A DNA stretch of 35,134 nucleotides from a virus (IMGVR_UViG_3300008085_000072:1-35134), one strand, 5' to 3'. Counted from the first letter of the stretch, positions 1 through 9,481 are shown. Numbers and translations: made by a program. The notes: generated from the sequence alone by a model not told the origin.

Positions 1-612
1 ATCTTCGTCGTCGCCTTCGTAAACACCATCCATATCACCGTGCCCCGGTTTTATAAAATCCTGCGCAGGGCGTGATCCTTCGCCTTCAGTATCATAAATA
101 TTTTCTTCTACGGCTTCTTCGTCGTCGCCCATATCTTCTGAATCAGAATACATGTCATCGCCCATGTCGTCGCCCATGTCGTCGTCCATATCATGATCTT
201 CGCCTTCTTCGTCAGCCATTAACTGTTCAAATTCAGCTTTTAGTGCTTCTAGTTCATCTTCTAGTTCACCTAATTCTGCTTTGAGATCAACCGTTGTACC
301 TTCGCCTTCTTCGTCAGCATCCATGTCATCATCCATTTCACTTTCACCATCTTCTAGATCGGCGTCAAGTTCCATTTCTGCATCACCCATGTCCATATCA
401 TCGGTTGTTTCTTCATCTTCGTCGCCTGCTTCATAAAATTGTTCAGCGGCCACTTCATCGGCGTCGTCATCAAGGACTGCATCATCCTCTTCAACTAGCT
501 GATTATGTATCTCACGAGCTTTTTCAACAAACCATTCGTGAAGCAAAGCAGAAGCTTGCTTTTCGTTTTCGTTTATTAATAGCTCTAATACTTTCTCGAG
601 CTTATTTGTCAT
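1..612 (-). CDS. Highly acidic prohead core/scaffold-like protein (3' end outside the window; missing from the ORF track)
   Basis: ATG at 612 with GGAGA RBS upstream. It reads MTNKLEKVLELLINENEKQASALLHEWFVEKAREIHNQLVEEDD..., then D/E-rich sequence and a short coiled coil (LKAELGELEDELEALKAEFEQLM), and is open to position 1. Its position downstream of the portal matches T4-like head modules. Confidence 0.7.
   Translation of the reverse strand, partial: MTNKLEKVLELLINENEKQASALLHEWFVEKAREIHNQLVEEDDAVLDDDADEVAAEQFYEAGDEDEETTDDMDMGDAEMELDADLEDGESEMDDDMDADEEGEGTTVDLKAELGELEDELEALKAEFEQLMADEEGEDHDMDDDMGDDMGDDMYSDSEDMGDDEEAVEENIYDTEGEGSRPAQDFIKPGHGDMDGVYEGDDED
151..192. repeat. 12-bp coding tandem repeat (about 3.5 copies, encodes (G/D)DDM on the minus strand)
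   Basis: catgtcatcgcc catgtcgtcgcc catgtcgtcgtc catatc. Confidence 0.8.
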
Positions 613-729
613 TCTACATCTCCAATTGTCCAAATATGTTGTAGTTTGCTTTATATAGAAATTATTCTATTGTTAATATTTAATATATTTAGTTATTAAT
701 ACTTGATAATGCCCCTAAAACTAAAGATT

Positions 730-758
730 TTGACAAAATCTATGTAGTTTACTACAAT
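730..758 (+). promoter_or_regulatory. Sigma70-type promoter for the 788..1222 gene
   Basis: TTGACA (730-735), 17-bp spacer, TACAAT (753-758), ending 29 bp before the ATG. Confidence 0.75.
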
Positions 759-787
759 CGCAATATGTTAAATATAGGGATGAGTAA

Positions 788-1222
788 ATGAATAATAAGT
801 TATTGCTAGGTTGGGGCATTTTGTGCAATGCTGTTGGCAGTGATAAAATAATTTTTGTATCACATAAACTTGGAACCTCAAGCAAATTAACAGTAAATTT
901 TACCATATCTATAAATGAAGCAAAAATATTTAATTCTTTTTATTCTGTGTTGGACGAGTATAGGAAAATTATTAGACATAGAATTAATAATATTGAAGAA
1001 GAAGAACTCAAAATAATTAAAATATATGGCGGTTATGCAGAGATCAATTTATCCGATGATTTGTATCTTAATGAAATACAAAAAAGGGCCATTAAAAAAT
1101 TAGAAAAAGATGAAATAGCCGCACTAGGACTTGAACGAACAGCAATGTTTAGCAAATTAGATGAAGTAGAAAAAAATTTATTAAAAGAATTTTATCCTAC
1201 AGAACATATATCAGAAAAATAA
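788..1222 (+). CDS. Hypothetical protein (144 aa), oriented against the head operon
   Basis: Fills the intergenic gap, has a GGGA RBS and its own sigma70 promoter, and ends 2 bp from the convergent gene. Confidence 0.8.
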   Translation: MNNKLLLGWGILCNAVGSDKIIFVSHKLGTSSKLTVNFTISINEAKIFNSFYSVLDEYRKIIRHRINNIEEEELKIIKIYGGYAEINLSDDLYLNEIQKRAIKKLEKDEIAALGLERTAMFSKLDEVEKNLLKEFYPTEHISEK

Positions 1223-1224
1223 AA

Positions 1225-1431
1225 TTATAGCCCGCCACTGTCTTCAGCGGGCGCGCCATACATTACACTTAATAATGATTGGCGTTTAATATAATCAAGT
1301 TGACGAACTGCTTGAATTTTCTTTAACTTGTTTATATGTTTTAATGTTAACTTGGGTTTACGGGTGTCATATAAACTTTTTACGCCGTTTGAGCGATATT
1401 CCTGAAAATATAAATTGTCAAACTCATCCAT
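1225..1431 (-). CDS. Small basic protein downstream of the portal (68 aa), probably head-assembly related
   Basis: AAGGA RBS and TATAAATA directly upstream. The TRKPKLTLKHINKLKK...MYG motif resembles small genes that follow the portal in large T4-like phages (from memory, not searched). Confidence 0.75.
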   Translation of the reverse strand: MDEFDNLYFQEYRSNGVKSLYDTRKPKLTLKHINKLKKIQAVRQLDYIKRQSLLSVMYGAPAEDSGGL

Positions 1432-1450
1432 AATAAAAATCCTTTTATTT

Positions 1451-1458
1451 TATTTATA
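1451..1458 (-). promoter_or_regulatory. T4-type late promoter TATAAATA
   Basis: Plus-strand TATTTATA lies immediately after the portal stop and 19 bp before the 1431 ATG. Confidence 0.65.
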
Positions 1459-4425
1459 TTATAGAGTAATTTCCCCGCCGGGTTCTCCGCCTGCCGCGCC
1501 GCCGAGTTCTCCGCCTGCCTCGCCGCCGGGTTCCTCGCCGAGATTTAAATCGTCAGCACCAAAATCTCCACCGCCAACGCCAACATCGCCCAAATCAACA
1601 TTGGATTCATTAGCAACGCCTGCGTCAGTTCGGCCAGTTTTGTCTGGGTTTTCTTCTTTCCACAATTTTTCATTTTCAAGTATTTCATTTTCTTTAAGAT
1701 TTAAGAATCTCTTTAATAGGAATCGTTTACTAAAGTATCCTATGTCACTCAATGGCTGAAATACATTTATTTGAGCACTATCAATTCCAATTTGTCTATA
1801 TTTGCTAAAACTTTGTGGTTCATTAAATCTCAGTTCAAATACAGAAGTATCTATATTAATGCCTTTTTTCTTAATATATAATTTAAATTCATGATCAAAA
1901 GATGGAGTTAATAACTCCTGCAATCTTTTACAAAATTTAGCAAATCTATATTCCTGTATATATGCAGTGCCAACTCTACCGTCAGTATATGTAGTATTGC
2001 CATCTTCGGCGCCGCCGGGCAAATAACTGCTGGGTATTCTCAATCCACGACGTAATTTGTTATCAAAATATAGTAAATCATCTATCTGTCCAAGTTGGTC
2101 GCCGCCGGGCAATGTTTCAACTTTACTTCCACGGCCTTCGGCGGTTGTAGCAAAGAAAAAATCTTCCAACATACTATTTTTAACAAATATTCCAGAATCT
2201 ACAGCAAAATTATGATGTCCGTGCCATTTTTCTTTTCCATCTATTGTAATAGTACCTGTATCAATCTTTTCGCTTAACCATTCAATTGAAACAACTTTAT
2301 GGTTGAAGATATTAGCTTTTGATTTAAAATCTTTCCAATTTTTATAACCAAAATGTTGTAATGTTATTAAAATTACTTGTTTTGTAATTTGGTTCGTTTG
2401 TATTTTAAATTTTTTAGATGGATCTGGCTTATTATTACTTCTAATTTCATTTAACAATTCTTCATTATATTGCTCGTTTTTTACTATATCAATCAACTTA
2501 TAATTATATTTTTGTGCTAAATTATGTATAATCTGAAGCATTTTGTGAGTATATACTTTATTTTGATTGGGTTTATTTTCTTGCCATGTCTTAGCAGAAG
2601 CTAACCACTTATTTTTATGATCTTGATGAGTTTTAAAATATTCAATTCTTCTTTCTCTAGATTTTTGGTTATACTTTTCAGCAAATGCTTCGTCATTTTT
2701 TCTTTTTTCTACAAAGAGTTGTTGAGCTGTTCTAGCCTTATTTCTAACAACTTCTTTTTCAGCTTCAGATAACATATTGAATTTTATTTTTAAAGTATTA
2801 GAAATTTTATTTTTAATCCTAGCGAGTTCAGTTGCAGGGGCATTTTTCCAATAATCCTGTTTCAAATACGAATGGTATAATAAATGATCCTGTTTATTCA
2901 TCCATTGAAGATTTCTAGGATCGTTATTAAATCTATTAAAATCCTTATGATGTATAATGGTTTTTAATTTCTCCTTATTTTCTTCTAAATAAGTAAATTC
3001 TTGGTGTTTATTGATATTCTTGAAAAAATTACCAACAAGCCTATGTGAAAATACCCATTTTTTTGATTTATGATCAAAAACTTGAACATAATCTCTATCA
3101 ATAGTAGATAAACTTTTATTTCTAGTTTCAAAACTCATTAAACTGTCAATTGGTAATATATCTTTTGCTTCTATATACCCCTTGCCCCAAACCGGTATTT
3201 TATGATCAGGGGTACAAATTAAAGTTTTACCATTATCCAAAATTAATTTAATAACTTTTGTATTTGTTCTAGTTATTCCTGCCCATGTTATATTACCCGG
3301 AACTATTTCTCCAGTTTCAGGATGTATACTATATGTCCAGTTTTCTCTGCCATTTGCATATTCAACTATTAATTCGTTTAAAGTTAATGTCCTACCATCC
3401 AATAATGGAATTCTAGTATCCAGACTTAAACAGAGTGGATTATATGATGCATCCATAACACTGGATCCACCGCCTGTTCTATTGGGTATTCTGCGTTGAT
3501 GTATTTCATTTTTAACTCGTTCAACGAAGGCCATGGCTTTATGTGTAGGCATGTTACCAACATCAATATAAAAAACTCTTCGTTCAGGGGCACGTTGAAC
3601 ACGATAAATTATAATGCTGTCCTCTAGTAATTCTTTTTGTTTATAAACCTTATAAATTGCTTCAAGTATAGAATTTCCAAATGGCCAATTATTATCCATA
3701 CCATCACTCAAACTTATATGCACTATATCATCACTTGATATAAAACTAGTTAATTGACTGCCCGTAACATATCTTCCTGTTGCAGTATCGCCGCGCGCGT
3801 AAGATTGGGTTAGGGGTCCTGGACTTCTGGCAACTAAACCGGTTGTTTGTTGATATGCGGGCGGTGGTGTGGTGGCCGCCAAGCTCTGCATGTTTGGATC
3901 TAAATCTGTAACAATATAATGCTCTGGTTTTTTCCCCTTGGCTTGATTAACAATAATACTTTGCACTTTGGCAGGGTCAATCCATAACCATTGATTAGTT
4001 TCCGGGTCCCTAATAAAAAATTGATCACCATATTTGATGGTATTTCTAAAAATCTTAAATATTCTTTGATTAAATTTATTTAATCTCACCCATTGCCTTA
4101 GCGATTCGTGCAAAATAGTAGTTTCTGTTTCACTAATATCTTCATTAAATTCCAATGTAAAAGGCAGAGGATTTTGCTCTTCAGTTTGGGTGCAAAATTC
4201 AGCAATAGTATCAAGACTAACATTAACTTCAGCGTCGGCGTCCATTACATCATATTGGTTATATCTTTCTCTACGCTGCGGTTGGCCGGCATATACCTCA
4301 GGGAGATAACTTGAAAACTTACTACCAGCAGCAGGACTGGCAACACTTGATTCAGCATTTTGATTTTGGAACTTTTTACTTGGCGGAATATATGTAAAGT
4401 GTTTTTTCCATGTTGCATTATTCAT
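1459..4425 (-). CDS. gp20: Portal vertex protein (T4 gp20-like), intein-containing precursor of 988 aa (about 569 aa after splicing)
   Basis: Motifs LLEDSIIIYRVQRAPERRVFYIDVGNMP, SMLEDFFF, EGRGSKVETLPGG, LRIPSSYL and EYRFAKFCKRLQ. Confidence 0.95.
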   Translation of the reverse strand: MNNATWKKHFTYIPPSKKFQNQNAESSVASPAAGSKFSSYLPEVYAGQPQRRERYNQYDVMDADAEVNVSLDTIAEFCTQTEEQNPLPFTLEFNEDISETETTILHESLRQWVRLNKFNQRIFKIFRNTIKYGDQFFIRDPETNQWLWIDPAKVQSIIVNQAKGKKPEHYIVTDLDPNMQSLAATTPPPAYQQTTGLVARSPGPLTQSYARGDTATGRYVTGSQLTSFISSDDIVHISLSDGMDNNWPFGNSILEAIYKVYKQKELLEDSIIIYRVQRAPERRVFYIDVGNMPTHKAMAFVERVKNEIHQRRIPNRTGGGSSVMDASYNPLCLSLDTRIPLLDGRTLTLNELIVEYANGRENWTYSIHPETGEIVPGNITWAGITRTNTKVIKLILDNGKTLICTPDHKIPVWGKGYIEAKDILPIDSLMSFETRNKSLSTIDRDYVQVFDHKSKKWVFSHRLVGNFFKNINKHQEFTYLEENKEKLKTIIHHKDFNRFNNDPRNLQWMNKQDHLLYHSYLKQDYWKNAPATELARIKNKISNTLKIKFNMLSEAEKEVVRNKARTAQQLFVEKRKNDEAFAEKYNQKSRERRIEYFKTHQDHKNKWLASAKTWQENKPNQNKVYTHKMLQIIHNLAQKYNYKLIDIVKNEQYNEELLNEIRSNNKPDPSKKFKIQTNQITKQVILITLQHFGYKNWKDFKSKANIFNHKVVSIEWLSEKIDTGTITIDGKEKWHGHHNFAVDSGIFVKNSMLEDFFFATTAEGRGSKVETLPGGDQLGQIDDLLYFDNKLRRGLRIPSSYLPGGAEDGNTTYTDGRVGTAYIQEYRFAKFCKRLQELLTPSFDHEFKLYIKKKGINIDTSVFELRFNEPQSFSKYRQIGIDSAQINVFQPLSDIGYFSKRFLLKRFLNLKENEILENEKLWKEENPDKTGRTDAGVANESNVDLGDVGVGGGDFGADDLNLGEEPGGEAGGELGGAAGGEPGGEITL
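2176..3432 (-). mobile_element. Intein (419 aa) with HNH homing endonuclease
   Basis: N-terminal junction NPL/CLSLDTRIPLLDG, block B TPDH, block F/G DTGTITIDG...HHNFAVDSGIFVKN/S with Ser at +1. HNH core HRLV...IHHKDFNRFNNDPRNLQWM...H lies at about 2872-3047. Confidence 0.92.
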
Positions 4426-4475
4426 TATGTTACCTTATAATATGATTTATAGTAGAGTAAGAACAAAAGTTAATA

Positions 4476-4483
4476 TATTTATT
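4476..4483 (-). promoter_or_regulatory. Possible late promoter (AATAAATA) for the portal
   Basis: 7/8 match to TATAAATA about 50 bp upstream of the portal ATG, preceded by the upstream GTA element. Confidence 0.4.
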
Positions 4484-4542
4484 TTCAATACTTATTGTAC
4501 CATTATTAATATTAAAGTATTTAAATAATAAAGTATATATTT

Positions 4543-7002
4543 TTACGGCATTAAACTAGTATCTGGTATTGCCTGCTGCAATTTTTGTGATTCACGTATG
4601 TGAAGTTGTAATGCACCTATTGTTGCCCGCAGTGCATTGTTTCGTTCTTGGTATTGTTCTTCGATTTCTTTACGAAGACGTGTTCTATCTTCTTGCCATT
4701 TTTTTCTAGCACCCCTGCTTAATCCAGGAGGTGCATCGGGAATTTCTTGCTTAGCAAGTGATTCTTCTTCTTGTAATTTTTGTAATTCCTGCAAAACAGA
4801 TGAAAGTTGCTGCGTGGCCTCTTGCTCATTTAGTTTACCAACATCGGGGGTAACCGAAGCACCCATCAATTCTTTTTTAGTTTCTTCAATAATTTCAGAA
4901 ATTTCATCAGAAGTAAACCCCGCCTCAGCCAAATCTTTAGCCAATAATGCCAATGTTGCTGCAACACTTGTTGCTGTTCCCGCAGCAGGCAATAGAGCGG
5001 CTGCGCCGGCTACTACTTCCAACCCGGCACCAACGGTATCGCCTTCCAGTAATCTTCCTGCGCCAAAAGCTAACCCACCAATTGCACCCAGTATGGGCAA
5101 CGCTTTTATTACTCCTTTGCTGGCGGATTTAGTAATAATACCCCTAGCTCTACGTAATAATGCAGCGCGCCTTCCTGTCGCTGAAGCTGCTGTTCTAGCA
5201 GATTCTGGCGCTGACCCCGCCGCCTTGCGGGCGGCGTTACGGGATTCCCGGTGTTGCTTTTGATTTCCTTTTTTTCCGGTATCGCCATCCGGTATTTCAA
5301 TATCACCCAACCCATCAATACCCGGAATAGAAAATTTATTACCATTAATTAATTTTTTCATTCCAGATGCATAAGATGCTATGGAATCCAAAACTGCCAT
5401 TCGCAATAAGGGACTTGTAGCTGCTAACGCAAATATTCCAGCAAATCCCGTTAATATCATAACAGAAAGCGGTGTTCCATCAGGAATAACAGCAGCATTT
5501 AACTCAGATGATTTGCCGGATAATACTCCAGCAGCTTCTTTTATTTTAGCAGTAAAATCTGGCAAGTTATTTACGTCATTAACCGTATTAATTCCTTTTA
5601 TTAAATCAGCTATGCTTTTACTAATTTTTTCTATATTATCAACCAATCCGTTTAAATCAATTTTCTGTAATTCTTCTAATAATGCTACTTTTAAATTATA
5701 ATAAAAATTATTAATTGCTTGTTGGGCGTTAATTATTCCTTCCGTTACTTTATCAACTTTTTCTGTAATATTTGCGCCATCAGTGTTTATCAAATTACCC
5801 AACTTAGCCAATGAAGCAGCAAACATCGCTTCCTGTGTGTTCATCATATCACTTTGTATTTTAAATTGTTGTTCATAATATGGTTCTCGCTCAGCAATTA
5901 TCCCAAATATAGTTTCATTGGTGGCAGCGGGGTTAAAAAATTGTTCATACAATCGTTCCAAATCACCCACAGCGCCAATTGTTGCGTATTCTCGATAATT
6001 ATCTATTCTATTGATATTTCCTCCACGAAAATATGCTTGTTGTATTGCTTCGGCTTCCTTGGGCGCAACTTTTTGAAATGCTATAAATGCTTCCCTGGTT
6101 TGTTCCGGAAGAGACTGCAAAAATAATCTGGTTAATGGATCTTCGGCAGACTTCTTATATTGGTCCATTAAAGAACCCAAATCTTCACCAACCATTTGGG
6201 TAGCATTATAAAATTTCTTTAACTGACCTTTAAATTGATCCTCGCGCTGGCTCAAATCTGTTTTATTTGAACTGTCTATTTTTCGCTGTATATCCAAAAA
6301 TTCAATTGATCGTTGTGCTACATCCTTAACAGTCAATCCCAAAGAAAATAATTCTCCAGAACTGTTTCTTAAATTATCAGTAAAACTCGATATAGCCGGT
6401 AATCCAAACTTCTGAACAGTAAGAGCATTTTCAGAAAAAAGTTTAGCCCCTTCATCAAATGATAATCCCATCCTGGCAGTTGCTTCAATTGAACCAAGTA
6501 AACCGCCACTAACTTGAATACCGGTCTTTGTTAATGAACCATATGTACTTGTCAATGAATCAATGAGACCGGCGCCGGCTGCAAAAACTGCGGCTATACC
6601 AAATAACGGCAATACATTAGCAATAGTTGAAGTCAAATCACTTAATGGTCGATCAGTTGGTGTTAAAACTTTGACAACCGATACTAATCCTTCATTAGTA
6701 TTTTTAATGCCTTTATTAAACGTTTTATACCCTTTAACTAATTTATTACGGGATAATTGTTCTCTTAATAAATTTTCTACTTCTTCTCGCTGTTCTTTTT
6801 TATATCTTTTTCGTGTTTTTACATTATTAGCAACATATTCGTTAAACAATTTGTCAACTGATTTGCCAGATTTTTTACTTATATCAGATGCAAATTCCCT
6901 AAGTAGATCTACCACTTGTTCTCTATTTGAAACATAGTTGCCAGTGTCCAGCTGTTTGGTAATATTAACTAAACTATTTTCTAAACTTGGATTAATTTTC
7001 AT
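4543..7002 (-). CDS. Tape-measure-like protein B (819 aa)
   Basis: Predicted helical, Ala/Gly-rich protein with hydrophobic segments (ILGAIGGLAFGAGRLLEGDTVGAGLEVVAGAAALLP). Paralogous to 7002..9410 and coupled to it by a TAATG overlap. Confidence 0.65.
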   Translation of the reverse strand: MKINPSLENSLVNITKQLDTGNYVSNREQVVDLLREFASDISKKSGKSVDKLFNEYVANNVKTRKRYKKEQREEVENLLREQLSRNKLVKGYKTFNKGIKNTNEGLVSVVKVLTPTDRPLSDLTSTIANVLPLFGIAAVFAAGAGLIDSLTSTYGSLTKTGIQVSGGLLGSIEATARMGLSFDEGAKLFSENALTVQKFGLPAISSFTDNLRNSSGELFSLGLTVKDVAQRSIEFLDIQRKIDSSNKTDLSQREDQFKGQLKKFYNATQMVGEDLGSLMDQYKKSAEDPLTRLFLQSLPEQTREAFIAFQKVAPKEAEAIQQAYFRGGNINRIDNYREYATIGAVGDLERLYEQFFNPAATNETIFGIIAEREPYYEQQFKIQSDMMNTQEAMFAASLAKLGNLINTDGANITEKVDKVTEGIINAQQAINNFYYNLKVALLEELQKIDLNGLVDNIEKISKSIADLIKGINTVNDVNNLPDFTAKIKEAAGVLSGKSSELNAAVIPDGTPLSVMILTGFAGIFALAATSPLLRMAVLDSIASYASGMKKLINGNKFSIPGIDGLGDIEIPDGDTGKKGNQKQHRESRNAARKAAGSAPESARTAASATGRRAALLRRARGIITKSASKGVIKALPILGAIGGLAFGAGRLLEGDTVGAGLEVVAGAAALLPAAGTATSVAATLALLAKDLAEAGFTSDEISEIIEETKKELMGASVTPDVGKLNEQEATQQLSSVLQELQKLQEEESLAKQEIPDAPPGLSRGARKKWQEDRTRLRKEIEEQYQERNNALRATIGALQLHIRESQKLQQAIPDTSLMP

Positions 7003-9410
7003 TATACTATATTACTCGTTAATGTTCTATACGTGTTGGTAGTTTGCGAAGCATTTGCCATAGATATGCCGGCTAATACTTTTGTTAAATGAGTATTTTC
7101 CTCGGCAAGTTCAAGTATTCTTTTTTCATATGTCAAATTAGCGCCGGGACCCACTGCATCTGTTTTTGTTTGGTCAAGTGTTGGTGTGCCCAATGTATTA
7201 CCAGTATTACCAGAGTTGCCGGCATTATTTGGGGCGGCTGGTGCAACAGAAACGCCGTCTTTCTCACCTTTTAAAGATTTTTCCAAATATCGTTGTTTTG
7301 ATTTGAATAATTGTTCACGTATTGCCAGTTCCTTCATACGAGATTCGTATTCTTTGTTGATTTTAATTATTTCCGGATCTTCGTCATTATTATTATTGGG
7401 CGGTTCTGTCCCTTTATCAAAAGAATTATCCGAGGGCGGTATAGTATTTAATTCGTTATTTGATTTTTTATTTATTTCTTCAATTATTGCTTGATTGTTT
7501 TTATTCATTTCATCTACAATACTTTGCATTTCCGGCGGAACAATTGGTTCCGCAACTGTTTTTCGTTCCTCTTCTAATTTACGTTCAACTTCTGTATCAT
7601 CCATTGACTGATTTGAATCATTTGAATCAGCAGGCGGCGGGGGAGCGGCAGCGGGAGTTTCATCATTATACATTTTATCGTATAAATAGGCCCCGCCCGC
7701 TGCCAATGCGGCAACGGCCGCCGTTCCTTTGATAAATCTACCCAAAGGACTGCGTCTAACACCCAATCCAACTGCGTTGCCCAATGCGCCAAAAATTGAT
7801 CCAAACAAATTAGTTGTGGCCGCTTTTGCTAACCATAAAGCAGTCTTAGCAGCAACCAACCCAATCATACCAGTCAATATCACCTGTGTTAATGGGCTTT
7901 CTGCACCCGCAAAGGCCAATATACTTTTAGAAAATCCATCAATAACAGTTGTAAAACGAACTACACCATCAATAAGCATAATTAATGCATCAATATTATC
8001 CGGGTTGGTCACCACCCCAATAAATTTAATTAATCCTTTTGCTAATATTTCACCAAATGCACCGTCTGGGCCCAATATATCAACCGTAAATTTAAGTAAT
8101 GTCTCTCGTATCAATGAAATACTTTCATTAATCTGCGGGCCAAGTTTTAGTAATAATTCACTAAGTTTATCAGTTCCGCTACCGTCAGGGGTTTGCTTTG
8201 GATCAAGAACCAAATCATTCATAGTTTTGAGTAGTCCGGCGCCAAAATTGAAGGCGCCGTCAAGTCCAGCTCTCCCCAATTGACCAACTCGCTGCATTAA
8301 TTCAGCTTCATGCGACTTCAGGAAGGCGGCGACGGCGGCTGCATTACCTGAACCAGTTTTTGCCATATTAACTATACCTTGAACTAAATCCGTTGTACCA
8401 GAAACAACAATATCTTCATAATTTGAAACACGTTCAAGAGCACCCTTTTGTATTGCTTCAAGCACAGTTTCAGCCATTTTGGGATCTATAGACTGAAGCG
8501 TGGCCATTAAATTTTGCCCAGCTTCGGGCAAACTCTTAAGTATTAACCTAGTTCTGGGATCTTCGCTTAAACTTTTTAATGATTTAAGCATTTCCTCAAC
8601 ACCAACTCCGGTTATTTGTGCTGCATTATAAAATTCTTTTATGGTATTATCAAAAAGTTTACTTTGCTCTTGCTGATTGAGTGTTCGTAATCCTGTTAAG
8701 TTTCGTTGTGTTTCCAAAAAGCTTGCTGAACTTTCAACTATGTCTTTGTAGGAAAATCCCAATGCATATAAATCACCACTATTAGCACGAACCTGTTTAA
8801 TAAATCCCGTGAATGCCGGGGCGCCAATTCTTTGAATAGTGTTATTGTATGTTTTATACATTTTAGCAGTATCATCAAGGCTTAATCCTAATTCACCACT
8901 TGACTGAACTAAGCCCAAAATACCATTTTGAAATTGTACACCAGCTTGTGTTACTGTTCTATATGCATCTATTGTAGAATCAACTACACCAGCTAATACC
9001 GCAAATCCAGCAAATACCCCGCCAATTACCGGTAACTCGCCCATTGAGTTAGCAAAACTTTTAAAACTTCCATCAACCCTAGTTAAAGATCTACCAAATC
9101 TTCCAAATTGCCGTCCAGTATCTTTTGTCAACACGCCCATTATGCCAATAGATTTAGAAGTTTCTTCTACCGCTTCTTCGTGTTCACCAAAAATTTTATC
9201 TATTTTATCACGACTAGTTTTTTTAGTTTTACTCAGATTTTTAGCTTCGGTTTCTACTTCAGCAAAAACTTTGGCCATATCTTTGGGTCTTAATATTTTT
9301 AACCCTTGAACTATAATATCGAGTTGCCTAACCATTTCCTTAGTATCAGAAGGCAATCCTTTTAAACTTTCAGCAATTCGTTCTAAAGATTCATTAACAA
9401 TTTCTGACAA
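7002..9410 (-). CDS. Tape-measure-like protein A (802 aa)
   Basis: TTG start with GGGA RBS and an in-frame stop just upstream. Helical protein with hydrophobic segments, adjacent to the gp26/51-like chaperone. Confidence 0.65.
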   Translation of the reverse strand: MSEIVNESLERIAESLKGLPSDTKEMVRQLDIIVQGLKILRPKDMAKVFAEVETEAKNLSKTKKTSRDKIDKIFGEHEEAVEETSKSIGIMGVLTKDTGRQFGRFGRSLTRVDGSFKSFANSMGELPVIGGVFAGFAVLAGVVDSTIDAYRTVTQAGVQFQNGILGLVQSSGELGLSLDDTAKMYKTYNNTIQRIGAPAFTGFIKQVRANSGDLYALGFSYKDIVESSASFLETQRNLTGLRTLNQQEQSKLFDNTIKEFYNAAQITGVGVEEMLKSLKSLSEDPRTRLILKSLPEAGQNLMATLQSIDPKMAETVLEAIQKGALERVSNYEDIVVSGTTDLVQGIVNMAKTGSGNAAAVAAFLKSHEAELMQRVGQLGRAGLDGAFNFGAGLLKTMNDLVLDPKQTPDGSGTDKLSELLLKLGPQINESISLIRETLLKFTVDILGPDGAFGEILAKGLIKFIGVVTNPDNIDALIMLIDGVVRFTTVIDGFSKSILAFAGAESPLTQVILTGMIGLVAAKTALWLAKAATTNLFGSIFGALGNAVGLGVRRSPLGRFIKGTAAVAALAAGGAYLYDKMYNDETPAAAPPPPADSNDSNQSMDDTEVERKLEEERKTVAEPIVPPEMQSIVDEMNKNNQAIIEEINKKSNNELNTIPPSDNSFDKGTEPPNNNNDEDPEIIKINKEYESRMKELAIREQLFKSKQRYLEKSLKGEKDGVSVAPAAPNNAGNSGNTGNTLGTPTLDQTKTDAVGPGANLTYEKRILELAEENTHLTKVLAGISMANASQTTNTYRTLTSNIV

Positions 9411-9435
9411 TTCATAATCCCACTAGTATTTTAGA

Positions 9436-9443
9436 TATTTATG
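9436..9443 (-). promoter_or_regulatory. Late promoter CATAAATA for the tape-measure pair
   Basis: Plus-strand TATTTATG, 25 bp upstream of the 9410 start. Confidence 0.55.
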
Positions 9444-9473
9444 TCACAAAAATTATATACGTATATTATCAAG

Positions 9474-9481
9474 TATAAATA
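9474..9481 (+). promoter_or_regulatory. Late promoter TATAAATA
   Basis: Exact T4 late consensus upstream of the GGAGA RBS and ATG 9513. Confidence 0.7.

Noticed and set aside
151-192. Short repeats as a possible CRISPR array
   Set aside because: 12-bp in-frame coding repeats without spacers; no cas genes
72-644. Plus-strand His/Arg/Leu-rich ORFs 72..284 and 294..644
   Set aside because: They are antisense shadows of the D/E-rich minus-strand gene 1..612
1230-1252. GCCCGC...GCGGGC hairpin near convergent gene ends
   Set aside because: Long loop, lies inside coding sequence, and has no clear U-tract, so it is not supportable as a terminator
4637-8283. Long plus-strand ORFs (e.g. 208 aa and 184 aa) opposite the tape-measure genes
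   Set aside because: Antisense frames of Ala/Gly-rich coding sequence, with no RBS or recognisable motifs
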